DNA of 64,000 nucleotides, from assembly GCA_963843795.1 (NCBI GenBank), contig CAWJLW010000006.1, positions 558,001 through 622,000 on the forward strand, given 5' to 3'. Origin of the DNA: an uncultured bacterium. Its GTDB lineage: Bacteria > Armatimonadota > Abditibacteriia > Abditibacteriales > Abditibacteriaceae. The translations under genes were made by a program, and so were the position numbers. How positions within the stretch are numbered: the first letter of the stretch is position 1; every line of letters begins with the position of its first letter. This document shows, piece after piece, positions 1-10,638 of this stretch. The notes under the pieces were generated by a model that was given only the letters and a program-made list of their open reading frames with translations, ran no database searches and was not told the DNA's origin.

Positions 1-291
1 ATCGAAGCGCACTTATTTACTGAAGAGAAAAAAGACGATTCAGAAGAAAGTCCCGAACACTCGGAAATCGCTCTGGCGCGCTCGCTAATGGACACGATGG
101 ACGCTTGGCCCGACCGCGTGCGCTTCGCGTGGCACATTTTTTCGACGCCTTCGGTTGAAGAGCGCGCCGCGCTGGTTTTGCCCGGCCCATTGGAATATTT
201 ACGACCTGTTGTGCGCGCCACACGCTTAATTTCCTCGCACGGCGCACAAGCTATAGCCGCGCGCTTTAATAAGGACAAGGTGCGCGGCTAA
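1..291 (+). CDS. 3' end of a gene entering the window; resembles the C-terminus of uncharacterised nucleotidyltransferase (NTP_transf_5-like) proteins
   Basis: Frame 1 is open from base 1 to TAA at 289-291; ends ...FSTPSVEERAALVLPGPLEYLRPVVRATRL, similar from memory to the P-x8-LP-x2-L-x2-L-x4-R-x2-RL tail of this family. Confidence 0.45.
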   Translation: MEAHLFTEEKKDDSEESPEHSEIALARSLMDTMDAWPDRVRFAWHIFSTPSVEERAALVLPGPLEYLRPVVRATRLISSHGAQAIAARFNKDKVRG

Positions 292-318
292 AGGGTGCTG
301 CAAGTACTTGCCAGAATC

Positions 319-1632
319 TTAGCGCTTACGCTGCACGAACAATAAGAGCAATCCGAAAAGCAGTAGCCAGACGATGGCGCGTCGCCGTGCGCGGCGCGGC
401 GCGTTGTCTTGAATATGTCGATAAAGCGCTTGCACTTTGCGCGTGGTGTTCTGAATGGTGAAATGTTCGCGCACCCGCTTTTGCCCCATTTGCCCCATTT
501 CGAGCGCGCGTTCAGGATGTTGCAAAAGCCACAAAAGCGCTTCGGCCATCGCGTTCGAATCGCCCATCGGCACCAGCAAGCCGGTTTCGTTTTCCTTGAT
601 AATTTCTACCACGCCCCCACCGCGCGTCGCGACCACCGGTTTAGCTGCCGCCATGCCTTCCATCACGACCTGACCAAAGGGTTCGCCAATTGTCGAAGCG
701 TGGGCCAGAATGTCCAAGTCCGCAATTAAACCTGGCACATCGTCTCGAAAGCCCAGCCATTCCAATCTGTCGTCCAGTTTCAATTCGCTGGCCAGTGCCC
801 TCACTTCGCGTTCGTAGTTGTCTTCGCCAAACATCGCCGAACCGATAATTTGAAAGCGTACCTGCGGCCATTGTTCGCGCACCTTTGCGGCAGCGCGAAT
901 GAAAACATCCTGACCTTTCCACGGACTGATGCGTCCGACCAAACCGATCAGCGGCTCGTTTTCCAAGCGTTGGCGCGCGATTCCGCGAGGCTCGACGAAA
1001 CCGTCATGCACTACGCGCGTGCTACTGTCGCTTGGCAATTCTAGTGCATCGAGAGTCGCCTGGGAATTGACGATGAGATACTGAGGCACCAGGCGGCACG
1101 CCAATCGAAACAGGGCCGCGGCTCGCGGCGGCAGATAATCGTCGGCGATGCGGTCTCGAACGTGCCACACGATGGGAACGCTGGCCAATCGTCCGGCCAA
1201 TCCGCCCAAAACATCGGCTTTAAGTGAATTGGTGTGCAAAATTTGAGCGCCGCGCCGATGCAGAAACCAAGACAGTCGGATGACGTAACTTAGCGCGTTC
1301 AAAGCTTGTTTCAACCGTAAGCCCATGGAACCATCGAGCGTATCTTTGCGGGTTTGTGAGATCTGCTCGTCAAGAGGCAAGATGTGAGTTTCGATGTTTG
1401 CCGCGCGCAGTTGGCTTGCTAAATCGCCTTCTTCGCCCAGCACAACAACCGGCGTGTAAAGCGCTGTGTCGATGTGGCTTACCATGTTGAGCAGTGAAAT
1501 TTCGCCTCCACCCAGTTTGGCGGTGTGATCGAAATAAACGATTATCGTGGGTTTTGAGGATTGGGAAGTTCGAGAAAACATGGCGGTGAAAAAGTGCGCT
1601 CTTATCTGATGAAATTTAAGTGAGTTCCTCAT
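319..1632 (-). CDS. Glycosyltransferase family 4 (GT-B fold); real start possibly 1581
   Basis: N-terminal GGGE motif, GRISPWKGQ, EPFGQVVMEGMAAAKPVVAT (E-x7-E). Confidence 0.92.
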   Translation of the reverse strand: MRNSLKFHQIRAHFFTAMFSRTSQSSKPTIIVYFDHTAKLGGGEISLLNMVSHIDTALYTPVVVLGEEGDLASQLRAANIETHILPLDEQISQTRKDTLDGSMGLRLKQALNALSYVIRLSWFLHRRGAQILHTNSLKADVLGGLAGRLASVPIVWHVRDRIADDYLPPRAAALFRLACRLVPQYLIVNSQATLDALELPSDSSTRVVHDGFVEPRGIARQRLENEPLIGLVGRISPWKGQDVFIRAAAKVREQWPQVRFQIIGSAMFGEDNYEREVRALASELKLDDRLEWLGFRDDVPGLIADLDILAHASTIGEPFGQVVMEGMAAAKPVVATRGGGVVEIIKENETGLLVPMGDSNAMAEALLWLLQHPERALEMGQMGQKRVREHFTIQNTTRKVQALYRHIQDNAPRRARRRAIVWLLLFGLLLLFVQRKR

Positions 1633-1806
1633 TAAGTCGTGCGAAATTGTGGTTCTGCTTATAACATTTTCTATGCCTTGCTAAAGTCTAATCACACGCG
1701 ATATTCTAATATCTCTAACGGGACACGGCGATTTGCGCACTGTGTCCGGCACCAAAACAGACCGCAAGTACTTGCAGCGCCCCGACCTCAACTTCGAAAT
1801 CATTTC

Positions 1807-3429
1807 ATGAGTTCCCTCGAAACCCCACCCGCACCTCCGCTTGATACCGCTCTTGAGGAAAGTGCTATTGACACCGAAAAAAGTGCGGCCGAAAATATCG
1901 CTGAGCCAGAGGTGGCCGAATCTGCAGCAGTAGAAATTCAGCCGCCGTCGTTATCGAACAAAGTTTATTCGGGTGTTGGTTGGACAACTTTAGGTTCTTT
2001 TTTGGGCCAACTTTTGACTTTTGGGCGCACCTTGATTTTGGCGCGTTTGCTGACAACGGGAGATTTCGGTTTGATGGGCATGGCGTTCACTTTGACCAGC
2101 GCGCTGGGTTCGCTCACCAACCTGAATTTGAACACCTCGGCTGTCGTGGCAAAATTCGATGACGACGCGCACATGCATCGTCATCTCAATACGATATGGA
2201 CGGCCAACATTGTACGCGGCTTGATTGTATCGTTGATTTTGCTGGCTGCTGCCAACCCGACGGCGCGCTTTTATGGTGAAGCCAGCCTGTTTCCAATGTT
2301 GCTGGTATTGGCGTGGACGCCATTGCTCCTTGGATTGACCAACATCGGTTTGATGTTGGCCTCGCGCGCGGTCAATCTGAGTTTGATGGTGCGCCTCACG
2401 CTCACTGGAAACCTGTTGTCGCTGCTGATTGTGGTTGCATTAGCGTTTTGGACGCGCAACGTGTGGGCGCTGGTATGGGGTAATTTGCTGGGCACCGCGA
2501 TTAGTGTCGCGCTTTCGTATTCTTTTCATCCGTATCGCCCGCGCTTTTTGTTCGACCGCCGCGAGTTCGATGCGGCCTTGAACTTCGGTAAGTGGATGTT
2601 TCTCATTGGCGTGATGCAATACATCACTATCACCGCCGATAACATTCTGGTGGGTCGATTGCTGGGCGCCAGTGTTCTGGGCGCTTATATGATCGCCTAT
2701 ACGATTGCCAACTTGCCACAAAACGTGGTGACACAGGTTCTGGAAGGCGTGCTCTTGCCTTCGTTTGCCGAACTGGGACGCGGAGACAGCGCGCGTTTGG
2801 AAAAAACGTTGCTACGAGTGTTCACCATCAGTTGCGCAATGTTGACTTTGGTTATCATGCCGATTTCGCTGCTGGCCGCACCGCTGATTCACGTCGCTTT
2901 TGGAAGCGCCAAATGGGAAGGCGCAATTGCGCCGCTGCAAGTGTTGGTTCTGGTCGGTCTGTTTCGTGGCCTGATTCAAATTATTGCGCCATTGATCGTG
3001 GGCATGAATCGACCCGAACTCGAAGCGCGTTCAACAATGGCTTCGGCAGTGGTTTTTATCGTCCTGCTTTATCCTTTGACGCTGCGTCTGGGTGCATTGG
3101 GTGCGGCGTGGGCGGGCGTTTTGACTTATGTTTTCGCTTTTGTGCTGCGGATTTTTCTGGCGCGTCATCTCGCGCCGGGCGCTTTCGTGCGCTTTCCCGT
3201 CGTGATGGCTTTGTGCGCGCTGGCGGGCGCGCTGGGCGCGGGCGCGGGAACGTTGGTTTTGCGCGCTCTGCAACAGTTGGGTTGGAACAGCGCTCTGCTG
3301 CAGTTAATGGTGGGTGCGCTGGTCAGCGTAAGCGTGACTTTTATTGCGCTTTGCCTGTCGCAGCCCGCGTTAAAAACCGAATTTGTCGGTTTGTTTCATA
3401 GCTTGAAAAAACGTCTGGGCCGCGCTTGA
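1807..3429 (+). CDS. Wzx-type polysaccharide flippase (WzxC/MOP superfamily)
   Basis: LILARLLTTGDFGL, DNILVGRLLGASVLGAY, about 12-14 hydrophobic segments; ATG 1807 (MSSLET) preferred over the ORF-track start at 1639. Confidence 0.88.
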   Translation: MSSLETPPAPPLDTALEESAIDTEKSAAENIAEPEVAESAAVEIQPPSLSNKVYSGVGWTTLGSFLGQLLTFGRTLILARLLTTGDFGLMGMAFTLTSALGSLTNLNLNTSAVVAKFDDDAHMHRHLNTIWTANIVRGLIVSLILLAAANPTARFYGEASLFPMLLVLAWTPLLLGLTNIGLMLASRAVNLSLMVRLTLTGNLLSLLIVVALAFWTRNVWALVWGNLLGTAISVALSYSFHPYRPRFLFDRREFDAALNFGKWMFLIGVMQYITITADNILVGRLLGASVLGAYMIAYTIANLPQNVVTQVLEGVLLPSFAELGRGDSARLEKTLLRVFTISCAMLTLVIMPISLLAAPLIHVAFGSAKWEGAIAPLQVLVLVGLFRGLIQIIAPLIVGMNRPELEARSTMASAVVFIVLLYPLTLRLGALGAAWAGVLTYVFAFVLRIFLARHLAPGAFVRFPVVMALCALAGALGAGAGTLVLRALQQLGWNSALLQLMVGALVSVSVTFIALCLSQPALKTEFVGLFHSLKKRLGRA

Positions 3430-3463
3430 AAACGTCGTGCAAGTACTTGCATGACCAGAAATT

Positions 3464-4621
3464 ATGAATATCGCTTTATTCGCTTCTGCATTTTATCCAC
3501 ACGTGGGCGGCGTCGAGGAATTGGTGCGTCAACTGGCGCGCGCTTATAACGCGCGCGGCGACCGCGCCATCGTTCTCACCAATCGCTGGCCGCGCGATTT
3601 GCCGGAGCGCGAAGATTACGAAGGCATTCCGACTTATCGATTGGCGATGCGTGCGCCTGAAGGTTCGCTCAAGGCCAAGCTCAATTACCGGCTGACGCAC
3701 GCGGGCATCGAAAAAGAAATGCTGCAAATTTTGCAGCGTCATGAAACTCAAGTGATTCATGTGCAGTGCGTCAGTGTGAATGGACATTACGCGCGCATCG
3801 CGGCGCAGGAATTGAAATTGCCGCTTGTTGTTACCGCTCAGGGCGAACGCACGATGGACGCGACCGGCGTTTACGAACGCTCGCAATTTCTCAATGATAC
3901 GCTGCGCACTTTGCTCAAAGAAGCCGATTTCCTCACCGCGTGTTCGCAAAATACGCTGGATGATTTGAAACAATATAGCGGACAGGATTTCGCCGACCGT
4001 GCGCGTGTTATTTATAATGGAATCGCGACTGAAGATTTTTCTGACGACATCGTGCCTTATCAACACGAGCGCCCTTACCTTTTGGGCATCGGGCGCTGGG
4101 TGCCACAAAAAGGTTTCGATGTTTTGCTGCGCGCTTTCGCGCAAGCCGCGCAAAACGCGAATTTTCAGCACGATGTGTTGCTAGCAGGCGAAGGTGACGA
4201 GCGCGCGAAATTGGAAAGTTTGGTCGATGAATTGAAATTGCAGGGACGGGTGCATTTACTGGGACGCGCCGACCGTCCGCTCGCGGTGAGCTTGTTCAAA
4301 GGCGCTTCATTTTTTGTATTGCCTTCTCGCCACGAGCCGTTTGGCATTGTGAATCTGGAAGCGATGATCGCCGGTAAAGCCGTGATTGCCACGCGTGTAG
4401 GCGGAGTGCCCGAAATCGTGCGCGAAGAGAAAAACGGTCTGTTGGTAAATGGCGCGGATGTCGCTTCATTGAGCGCGGCGATTACGCGTCTCGCAGATGA
4501 TCCTAATTTGCGCGAGCGATTGGGGAAAAATGGGCGCGAATTCGCGAAAGAATTTTCGTGGTCGAATATTGCCGTGCAGTACCGGGCAATTTATGAGCGG
4601 GTTTTGAAGCCTGCACGTTGA
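3464..4621 (+). CDS. Glycosyltransferase family 4
   Basis: YPHVGGVE, GRWVPQKGFD, EPFGIVNLEAMIAGKAVIATRVGG. Confidence 0.93.
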   Translation: MNIALFASAFYPHVGGVEELVRQLARAYNARGDRAIVLTNRWPRDLPEREDYEGIPTYRLAMRAPEGSLKAKLNYRLTHAGIEKEMLQILQRHETQVIHVQCVSVNGHYARIAAQELKLPLVVTAQGERTMDATGVYERSQFLNDTLRTLLKEADFLTACSQNTLDDLKQYSGQDFADRARVIYNGIATEDFSDDIVPYQHERPYLLGIGRWVPQKGFDVLLRAFAQAAQNANFQHDVLLAGEGDERAKLESLVDELKLQGRVHLLGRADRPLAVSLFKGASFFVLPSRHEPFGIVNLEAMIAGKAVIATRVGGVPEIVREEKNGLLVNGADVASLSAAITRLADDPNLRERLGKNGREFAKEFSWSNIAVQYRAIYERVLKPAR

Positions 4622-4683
4622 AACGTGGTGCAAGTACTTGCGCAGCCGCTGGCCAGTCTTGCGCGCGACTTTGTTGATTTGTA

Positions 4684-5841
4684 ATGCGAGATTTAATTTT
4701 TGTTTCTCTGGAAGATTGGGACGAAGTGTGGCGACGCAACCAGTTTCTGTGCGCGCACTGGGCACGTCGTTTTCCCGATAGCAAAATTTTATTCGTTGGG
4801 CCGCCCCAGCTCTGGGCCACGCACCTGCGCGAAGGCACGCTGAGTCATTTAAAGCGCGATGCGCGCAAAACGGTGCCGGAATTGCCCAACATCACCACTA
4901 CGTATTTGCCCAAACCTTTGCCCAATCCCGTGCCCGGCGGACGCGCACTTAACGAAAAAACCGCGCTCAACCACCTGAAAAAACTTTCTCACCAATTGAA
5001 ATTGCGCGATCCGCTGTTGTGGATTAATCCCAACGATGCCGGATATTTGATCGGCCAGCTCAATGAACGCGGCGTAATTTACGACATCACCGACGATTGG
5101 GAATTGGCCGCCCCCAACGATTCTCAACGCCAATGGATTCACCGGCGCGACCGCGCCTTGTGTCGCCGCGCCGACTTGACTATCGTGTGTTCAGAGGCTT
5201 TGTACAACAGTCGCTTGAACGAAGCGCGCCGCTTGCTTTTGCTACCTAACGGCGTCGATGCGGCCCATTATCGTCAAGTTGATGAGCTGCCGCGTCAACA
5301 AAACTGGCCGCGTCCCGTTTTTGGTTACACCGGCACTCTGCATCCTCAGCGCATTGATTTAGATTTGGTTTTGGAACTGGCGCGCGAGTTTCCTGAAGGA
5401 CGCGTGGTTTTGGCTGGTCCGTCGAATTGGCCAGACAACGGACTGCTAAAAATTCTGGAATCGACGCCCAATTTAATCGCGCCCGGCTCCATTCCATATC
5501 AGGAACTGCCAGCTTTAATGGCGAACTTTGATGTGTGCATTGTGCCGCATCTGCAAAGCGAATTTACCGAAAGCCTCAATCCCATCAAGCTGTGGGAATA
5601 TCTCGCTTGTGGCAAACCCATCGTTTCCACCGATGTCGCCGGTTTTCGCTCGTATCCCAATTTGTGCCGCATTGCTTCCGACCATCAAACTTTTCTTGCC
5701 GCCTGTCACGCCGCTTTGGAAACCGACAACTTGAAGGACGCGCGCCGCGAGGAAGCCAAGCAGCACAGTTGGAAATCGCGCTTGGACGATCTGCTGCAAG
5801 AACTGGTCGCCAGCCAACTCATTGACGCGAGCGAAATATGA
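4684..5841 (+). CDS. GT-B glycosyltransferase (TuaH-like, GT4-related)
   Basis: W-x3-WRRNQ N-terminus, [25 protein letters not shown]. Confidence 0.85.
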   Translation: MRDLIFVSLEDWDEVWRRNQFLCAHWARRFPDSKILFVGPPQLWATHLREGTLSHLKRDARKTVPELPNITTTYLPKPLPNPVPGGRALNEKTALNHLKKLSHQLKLRDPLLWINPNDAGYLIGQLNERGVIYDITDDWELAAPNDSQRQWIHRRDRALCRRADLTIVCSEALYNSRLNEARRLLLLPNGVDAAHYRQVDELPRQQNWPRPVFGYTGTLHPQRIDLDLVLELAREFPEGRVVLAGPSNWPDNGLLKILESTPNLIAPGSIPYQELPALMANFDVCIVPHLQSEFTESLNPIKLWEYLACGKPIVSTDVAGFRSYPNLCRIASDHQTFLAACHAALETDNLKDARREEAKQHSWKSRLDDLLQELVASQLIDASEI

Positions 5842-6401
5842 GCGAAGCTACCCTGATCGAACGCACGCGCGCTGCCGTCGCGCGGCGCGCGCGCTTGAAA
5901 CTGATGCGCGCACGTTATCCGCGCGCCCACTTTGGTACAAAATGCGATATTCGGCACGGCTTTCATCTGTTGTTGGGCCGTGAGGCAGATTTGCGCGTCG
6001 GTGAGGGTTGCATTTTAGATCGCGAGCTAACTATTGAATGTCGCGGCATTTTACACATCGGCGCGCGCGTGATTTTCGGTCATCATTGCACTTTAGGTGT
6101 GCGCGAATCTGTGATTATCGGCGACGACACGATGCTGGCCGAAATGGTTTCCATCCGTGATCACGATCATCGGTTCGATGATTTAAAAGTTCCGATTCGC
6201 GAGCAAGGCATGGTGTCGTCGCCGATTACAATTGGCCGCAACGTATGGATTGGTGCCAAAGTGAGCGTGGTGAAGGGCGTTTCCATTGGCGATGGTGCAA
6301 TTATTGGTGCCAATGCGGTTGTGACACGCGATGTGCCCGCGAACGCGATTGCTGTGGGCGTGCCCGCGCGTGTGATTAAAATGCGCACCGATGAAAGCTG
6401 A
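5838..6401 (+). CDS. Hexapeptide-repeat (left-handed beta-helix) sugar O-acyltransferase
   Basis: [48 protein letters not shown]; overlaps the upstream stop (ATGA coupling). Confidence 0.92.
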   Translation: MSEATLIERTRAAVARRARLKLMRARYPRAHFGTKCDIRHGFHLLLGREADLRVGEGCILDRELTIECRGILHIGARVIFGHHCTLGVRESVIIGDDTMLAEMVSIRDHDHRFDDLKVPIREQGMVSSPITIGRNVWIGAKVSVVKGVSIGDGAIIGANAVVTRDVPANAIAVGVPARVIKMRTDES

Positions 6402-6412
6402 TTGACTCCGAC

Positions 6413-7381
6413 ATGACAAGACAAAATTCCACTCCTCTGCTTTCGGTCATCATCGTCAGCTATAATACGCGCGACATGACCTTGCGCTGTTTAGAAACTT
6501 TGCAGGCACAATTGCGAGATGAACTTTTGAACAGCGAAGTTTGGCTGGTCGACAACGCTTCACGCGACGGTAGCGCACAAGCGATTCGCGAAGCATTTCC
6601 CACTGTAAATTTAATTGCCAACACGCGCAATTTAGGGTTCGGAGCCGCCAATAATCTGGCCTTGGAAAAAGCCCGCGGCAGGTACTTACTGCTGCTCAAT
6701 TCCGATGCCTTTCCTGTTGAAGGCGCATTGGAAACGTTGTGCAAGTACTTGCGGGAGCATCCCAATGTCGGCGCGGTCGGGCCGCGTTTGTTAAATGCCG
6801 ATGGCAGCTTGCAGGCTTCGTGCTGGAAGTTTCCGTCGCCCGCCCGCAGTTGGTTCGAAAGCGTTGGTTTGGCCGCTGCGCTGCCCAATCACCCGAAATT
6901 TGGTGATTATTATCGCTGGGCGCACGACGAAGAACGCGCGGTTGATTTCGTCATTGGCGCGTGTTTGCTACTGCGCCGCGAAGTTTATGAACAAGTTGGC
7001 GGCTTCGATGAAAATTTCTTTTTGTATGCCGAAGAAACCGATTGGCAAAAACGCATGACGCAAGCCGGTTGGTCGATAGTTTTTCTACCAGATGCGCAAG
7101 TCACGCATTTGGGCGGCGCTTCGGGCTACAACGAATCGGCGCGCGTGAACGCGTATTTCTACGATGGTTGGGATCGCTTTGCGCGCAAACATCATGGCAC
7201 GCGCGGCTGGCTTTCGATGCGCGCCGCGAGCGCCTTGGGCAGCGCGGCGCGTTGGCTGGCTTTTGGCGCGCTGAGTTTGGCGCCATCGCGCTCTAAAAGC
7301 GCACGCGTGCAAATGAAAAAGCAGGGCGCGCTCTTGAAACGGCAACTGTCACCGTGGCGACCGCAGTCGCCGCCATCGTGA
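6413..7381 (+). CDS. Glycosyltransferase family 2 (WbbL-like)
   Basis: SVIIVSYN, VDNASRDGS, NLGFGAANN, LLLNSD, GGFDENFFLYAEETDW. Confidence 0.92.
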   Translation: MTRQNSTPLLSVIIVSYNTRDMTLRCLETLQAQLRDELLNSEVWLVDNASRDGSAQAIREAFPTVNLIANTRNLGFGAANNLALEKARGRYLLLLNSDAFPVEGALETLCKYLREHPNVGAVGPRLLNADGSLQASCWKFPSPARSWFESVGLAAALPNHPKFGDYYRWAHDEERAVDFVIGACLLLRREVYEQVGGFDENFFLYAEETDWQKRMTQAGWSIVFLPDAQVTHLGGASGYNESARVNAYFYDGWDRFARKHHGTRGWLSMRAASALGSAARWLAFGALSLAPSRSKSARVQMKKQGALLKRQLSPWRPQSPPS

Positions 7382-7387
7382 ATTACT

Positions 7388-7425
7388 GAAAAAGCGCGTT
7401 GCAAGTACTTGCAACGCGCTTTTTC
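7388..7425. terminator. Bidirectional intrinsic terminator: 38-bp perfect palindrome centred on the 12-mer
   Basis: GAAAAAGCGCGTT-GCAAGTACTTGC-AACGCGCTTTTTC between convergent GT2 and clcA. Confidence 0.8.
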
Positions 7426-7438
7426 GGCTTGCTTGTTT

Positions 7439-9397
7439 TCAATGCGCGCTCGCACAGCCATCGCGCAACAAGGGAACGGCGCTGGCAGCTTCGGGCGACA
7501 CTAAAGCAGTCAGTCGGTCGCCGCCTTCGAGAATTGTATCGGCATGCGCGACTTTGTTGCTGATGCCGCGCGTCACGGTGAGAATCAGACAGCCAGCAGG
7601 TAAATTTAAATCGCCTACCGCGCAGTTGGCGAATTTCGAGTCGTGCTCGACGGTCAAGTCGATGACCATAGTTTCTTCCAACTGTGGGTTCTCCTGACTG
7701 CGCAATAGGTCGCGTTCCAAAAGTGCTTCATAAATTGGGCGGTCGCCTAGCATATCGGCCAACAGATACGCCATGAAACACGCGACCAGCAGGGGAAGCA
7801 TCAGCGCGTATTGTTCGGTCATTTCCAGCAGCAGCACGACGCCTGTCAGTGGCGCGCGCACGATAGCGCTGAAATAAGCCGCCATGCCGACTACGGCAAA
7901 CGCCATCGGTTGTGGAGCCGTGCGCGGCGAGAGAAAATTGACAAATTGCCCGAATGCCAGCCCGATTTGCGCGCCCAAGACCAATAATGGCGCGAAAATG
8001 CCGCCGGGCGCGCCAGTTCCATACGAAATCATGGTCAGGCCAAATCGCAAAACAAAGAAGACTGCCAGCGCTTGAAAAGTTACTCTATCTTTCAGCGTGC
8101 TCTCGACAATTTCATTGCCACCTCCGACCGCGCCCGGAAGATACCACGCCACCAATCCTACCAGCGCGCCGACTGCCGCGCCCAAGAAAACGCGCCGTCC
8201 CTTTTTAAAGCGCGCCACCAGATTCAACGTGCCCAGCAGCGCGCGATTAAACACCACGCCCAAACCGCCCGCGGTTAAGCCCAACAGCGCGAAGGCCGGA
8301 ATTGATTCCAGCGGTTGCACCATAGCTTCGTGAGCCAGATGAAAAACCGGCAGTTGGCCGCTGAGGGTGCGCGTCACAACATCGGCTGTCACCGAAGCTA
8401 AAAATGTCGTGGTGAAAACACCGGGCGAAAAATCACGCTGCACTTCTTCGATCACGAAAACTACACCCGCTAAAGGCGCGTTGAACGCGGCGGCCAAACC
8501 CGCACCCGCACCTGCAGCGATCAGCGATTGACGTTCGCGTGGCGTACCGCCCAATAAATTGTGCACGACCTGTCCGATAGCGCCGCCCATCTGTACGGTC
8601 GGCCCTTCGCGCCCCAGCGCCAGACCGCCGCCCAGCGCCAAAGCGCCGCCAACGAACTTAGTACCGATGATGCGCCCACTGCGCATCGGACGCAAACGAT
8701 GAAGCACGGCTTTGAGATGTGGAATGCCGCTGCCCGAGGCTTCGGGCGCGAAATTTTGCACCATCAATACGGCGACGGTAGTGCCGAACACGCCCAGCAA
8801 AACTGGAAAAATCCAGCCGAAATAACCGAAATTGCCCGCCCACACAATCAGCGCGTTGCGTAACGATTCGCCCCATTCCAGCGCATCACGAAACGCGACT
8901 GCGACCAATCCGGCAATGATGCCGACCATCACGCCGCGCGGAAATAAGCGCCGCCGCCTTTCTTGTTCGCGCAGGTAATCGTTGACTTCCTGCGACACGA
9001 TGCTTGGCGTGATACCCAGCTCTTCGTTCGAGCGAATCGGCTTGCCGCGCGAAAACATCAAACGAGGATCTCGCAGCCTGTCCAGCATACTCGGTGGCAC
9101 CGGCGGCACTGTGTCGTCTGGAAACTCGGGAATTGAATCTGAATCGTCCGCTGGTGTCGCAGCCGAGGGAGCCAGCGGTTTCGATAACGGAGGAATGGCA
9201 GCGCTGGATTCCGCGTCGGCCTCGACAACCTCGACAACCTCCGTTTCCGAAACTTCTGTTTCCGTGTCGTTGATTTCGCCGTCGTTATTCGCAACCTGCT
9301 CTGACGCACTGCTGTCGTGGCTAGCAGTGGTGTTTTGGGCAGAACTGTTTTCTGTTGGAGAATTTGGGGCGGGCGCGTTTTGGTCGGAAGAACTCAT
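7439..9397 (-). CDS. clcA: ClC H+/Cl- antiporter with acidic N-terminal extension and C-terminal TrkA-C (RCK_C)-like domain
   Basis: GSGIP, GREGPTVQMG, AAAFNAPLAG, GGIFAP, PIYEALL signature motifs. Confidence 0.92.
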   Translation of the reverse strand: MSSSDQNAPAPNSPTENSSAQNTTASHDSSASEQVANNDGEINDTETEVSETEVVEVVEADAESSAAIPPLSKPLAPSAATPADDSDSIPEFPDDTVPPVPPSMLDRLRDPRLMFSRGKPIRSNEELGITPSIVSQEVNDYLREQERRRRLFPRGVMVGIIAGLVAVAFRDALEWGESLRNALIVWAGNFGYFGWIFPVLLGVFGTTVAVLMVQNFAPEASGSGIPHLKAVLHRLRPMRSGRIIGTKFVGGALALGGGLALGREGPTVQMGGAIGQVVHNLLGGTPRERQSLIAAGAGAGLAAAFNAPLAGVVFVIEEVQRDFSPGVFTTTFLASVTADVVTRTLSGQLPVFHLAHEAMVQPLESIPAFALLGLTAGGLGVVFNRALLGTLNLVARFKKGRRVFLGAAVGALVGLVAWYLPGAVGGGNEIVESTLKDRVTFQALAVFFVLRFGLTMISYGTGAPGGIFAPLLVLGAQIGLAFGQFVNFLSPRTAPQPMAFAVVGMAAYFSAIVRAPLTGVVLLLEMTEQYALMLPLLVACFMAYLLADMLGDRPIYEALLERDLLRSQENPQLEETMVIDLTVEHDSKFANCAVGDLNLPAGCLILTVTRGISNKVAHADTILEGGDRLTALVSPEAASAVPLLRDGCASAH

Positions 9398-9463
9398 GCG
9401 AAAAGGAAAATAATCTCCTGCAGGTACTTGCAGTGGGCTGGGAGGGAAAGTGACCTTTTAAGA

Positions 9464-9904
9464 TTAACCCGCTGCGACGAACCAGCGCAGAACTAAAGCG
9501 CGTCCGGCCATCACAGCCGCAAAGCCCAACAACAAATTTCCCAATACATACAATGCCGTCGGCCACCACTTTCCATCTACGCCCGCCTTGGAAATTAAAG
9601 CTTCTGCCTCGACGCCGAAAGTCGAAAATGTGGTGAACGCACCCAGAAATCCCGTTCCCAGAATCAAACGCCATTCGGGTCGCACCAATCCGTGCAAAAC
9701 CAGGGTTGTGAGCGCGGATAAGACGAACGTGCCCAGCACATTAATCAGCAGCGTGGCGAGCGGAAAAGTCGGGCCGGTCATGGCGACTAAAAATGCCAGA
9801 GTGCCGCGCTGTTGTAGCGCGCCGATCCATTGCGTCAAGCCGTAACGCGACAATGCGCCCAGAGCGCCCGCGAGCATGAGCCACAACAGTTTGAAATTTT
9901 CCAT
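9464..9904 (-). CDS. crcB: Fluoride efflux channel Fluc/CrcB
   Basis: GALGALSRY, FPLATLLINVLG, TGFLGAFTTFSTF; start set at ATG 9904 (MENFK). Confidence 0.93.
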   Translation of the reverse strand: MENFKLLWLMLAGALGALSRYGLTQWIGALQQRGTLAFLVAMTGPTFPLATLLINVLGTFVLSALTTLVLHGLVRPEWRLILGTGFLGAFTTFSTFGVEAEALISKAGVDGKWWPTALYVLGNLLLGFAAVMAGRALVLRWFVAAG

Positions 9905-9990
9905 GCGTATTTTTATCGCAAGTACTTGCAAGGCACAATTCATGCGCGCGCCGTGCGTGTGCGATAGAATTACGCCTTATCTCTGCGCTT

Positions 9991-10611
9991 ATGTCCGAAA
10001 CCCAGTCTGCAACCAAACCTGCGCGCGGCCCGCGTTTGCGCGTCGCTCATTTGCCCGCTCCGCGTTTGCGCCGTCCCGACACAATTTTACTCATCGTCGA
10101 TGTACAAGACCGCTTGTTAAGCGCGATGCCCGACGCTGAAAATTTGGTCGCGCGCTGCGTTTTGCTGGCGCGGATGGCGCGCGAATTGGAAATTCCCATT
10201 CTCATCACCGAACAAAATCCGACGCGGTTGGGCGCGACGTGCGAAGCGTTGCGCCAAGTTTGCGATGACGAGGCCGCGGCTGCCAATACGATTGCCAAAA
10301 TGCAGTTCTCTGCTGTCATCGGGGAAACCGCACAGTCCATCGAAACTTCTCAACGCCCGACGATTTTGCTGTGTGGCATCGAAGCGCACGTGTGCGTTTT
10401 GCAAAGCGCATTGGATTTGCGCGAACGTGGTCATAACGTTTTCGCGGCCGTCGATGCCATCGGTTCGCGCCGCGAAAGCGATAAAACCATCGCGCTTGAG
10501 CGTATGAAATCAGTTGGCGTTACATTTTGCACAGCGGAAAGCGCCCTTTTTGAATTGCTGGGAAGTGCCGAACATCCAGCGTTCAAAACGCTGTTGCCGT
10601 TTGTGAAATAA
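9991..10611 (+). CDS. Isochorismatase-family hydrolase (YcaC-like)
   Basis: LLIVDVQDRL, TEQNP, KMQFS, GIEAHVCVLQSALDL. Confidence 0.9.
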   Translation: MSETQSATKPARGPRLRVAHLPAPRLRRPDTILLIVDVQDRLLSAMPDAENLVARCVLLARMARELEIPILITEQNPTRLGATCEALRQVCDDEAAAANTIAKMQFSAVIGETAQSIETSQRPTILLCGIEAHVCVLQSALDLRERGHNVFAAVDAIGSRRESDKTIALERMKSVGVTFCTAESALFELLGSAEHPAFKTLLPFVK

Positions 10612-10638
10612 CGCGGCAAGTACTTGCATACTCATTTT

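Noticed and set aside
9905..9990. Fluoride riboswitch upstream of crcB
   Set aside because: No GGnGAUGG..CC-type consensus seen on the minus strand; the short gap is a divergent promoter region containing a 12-mer.
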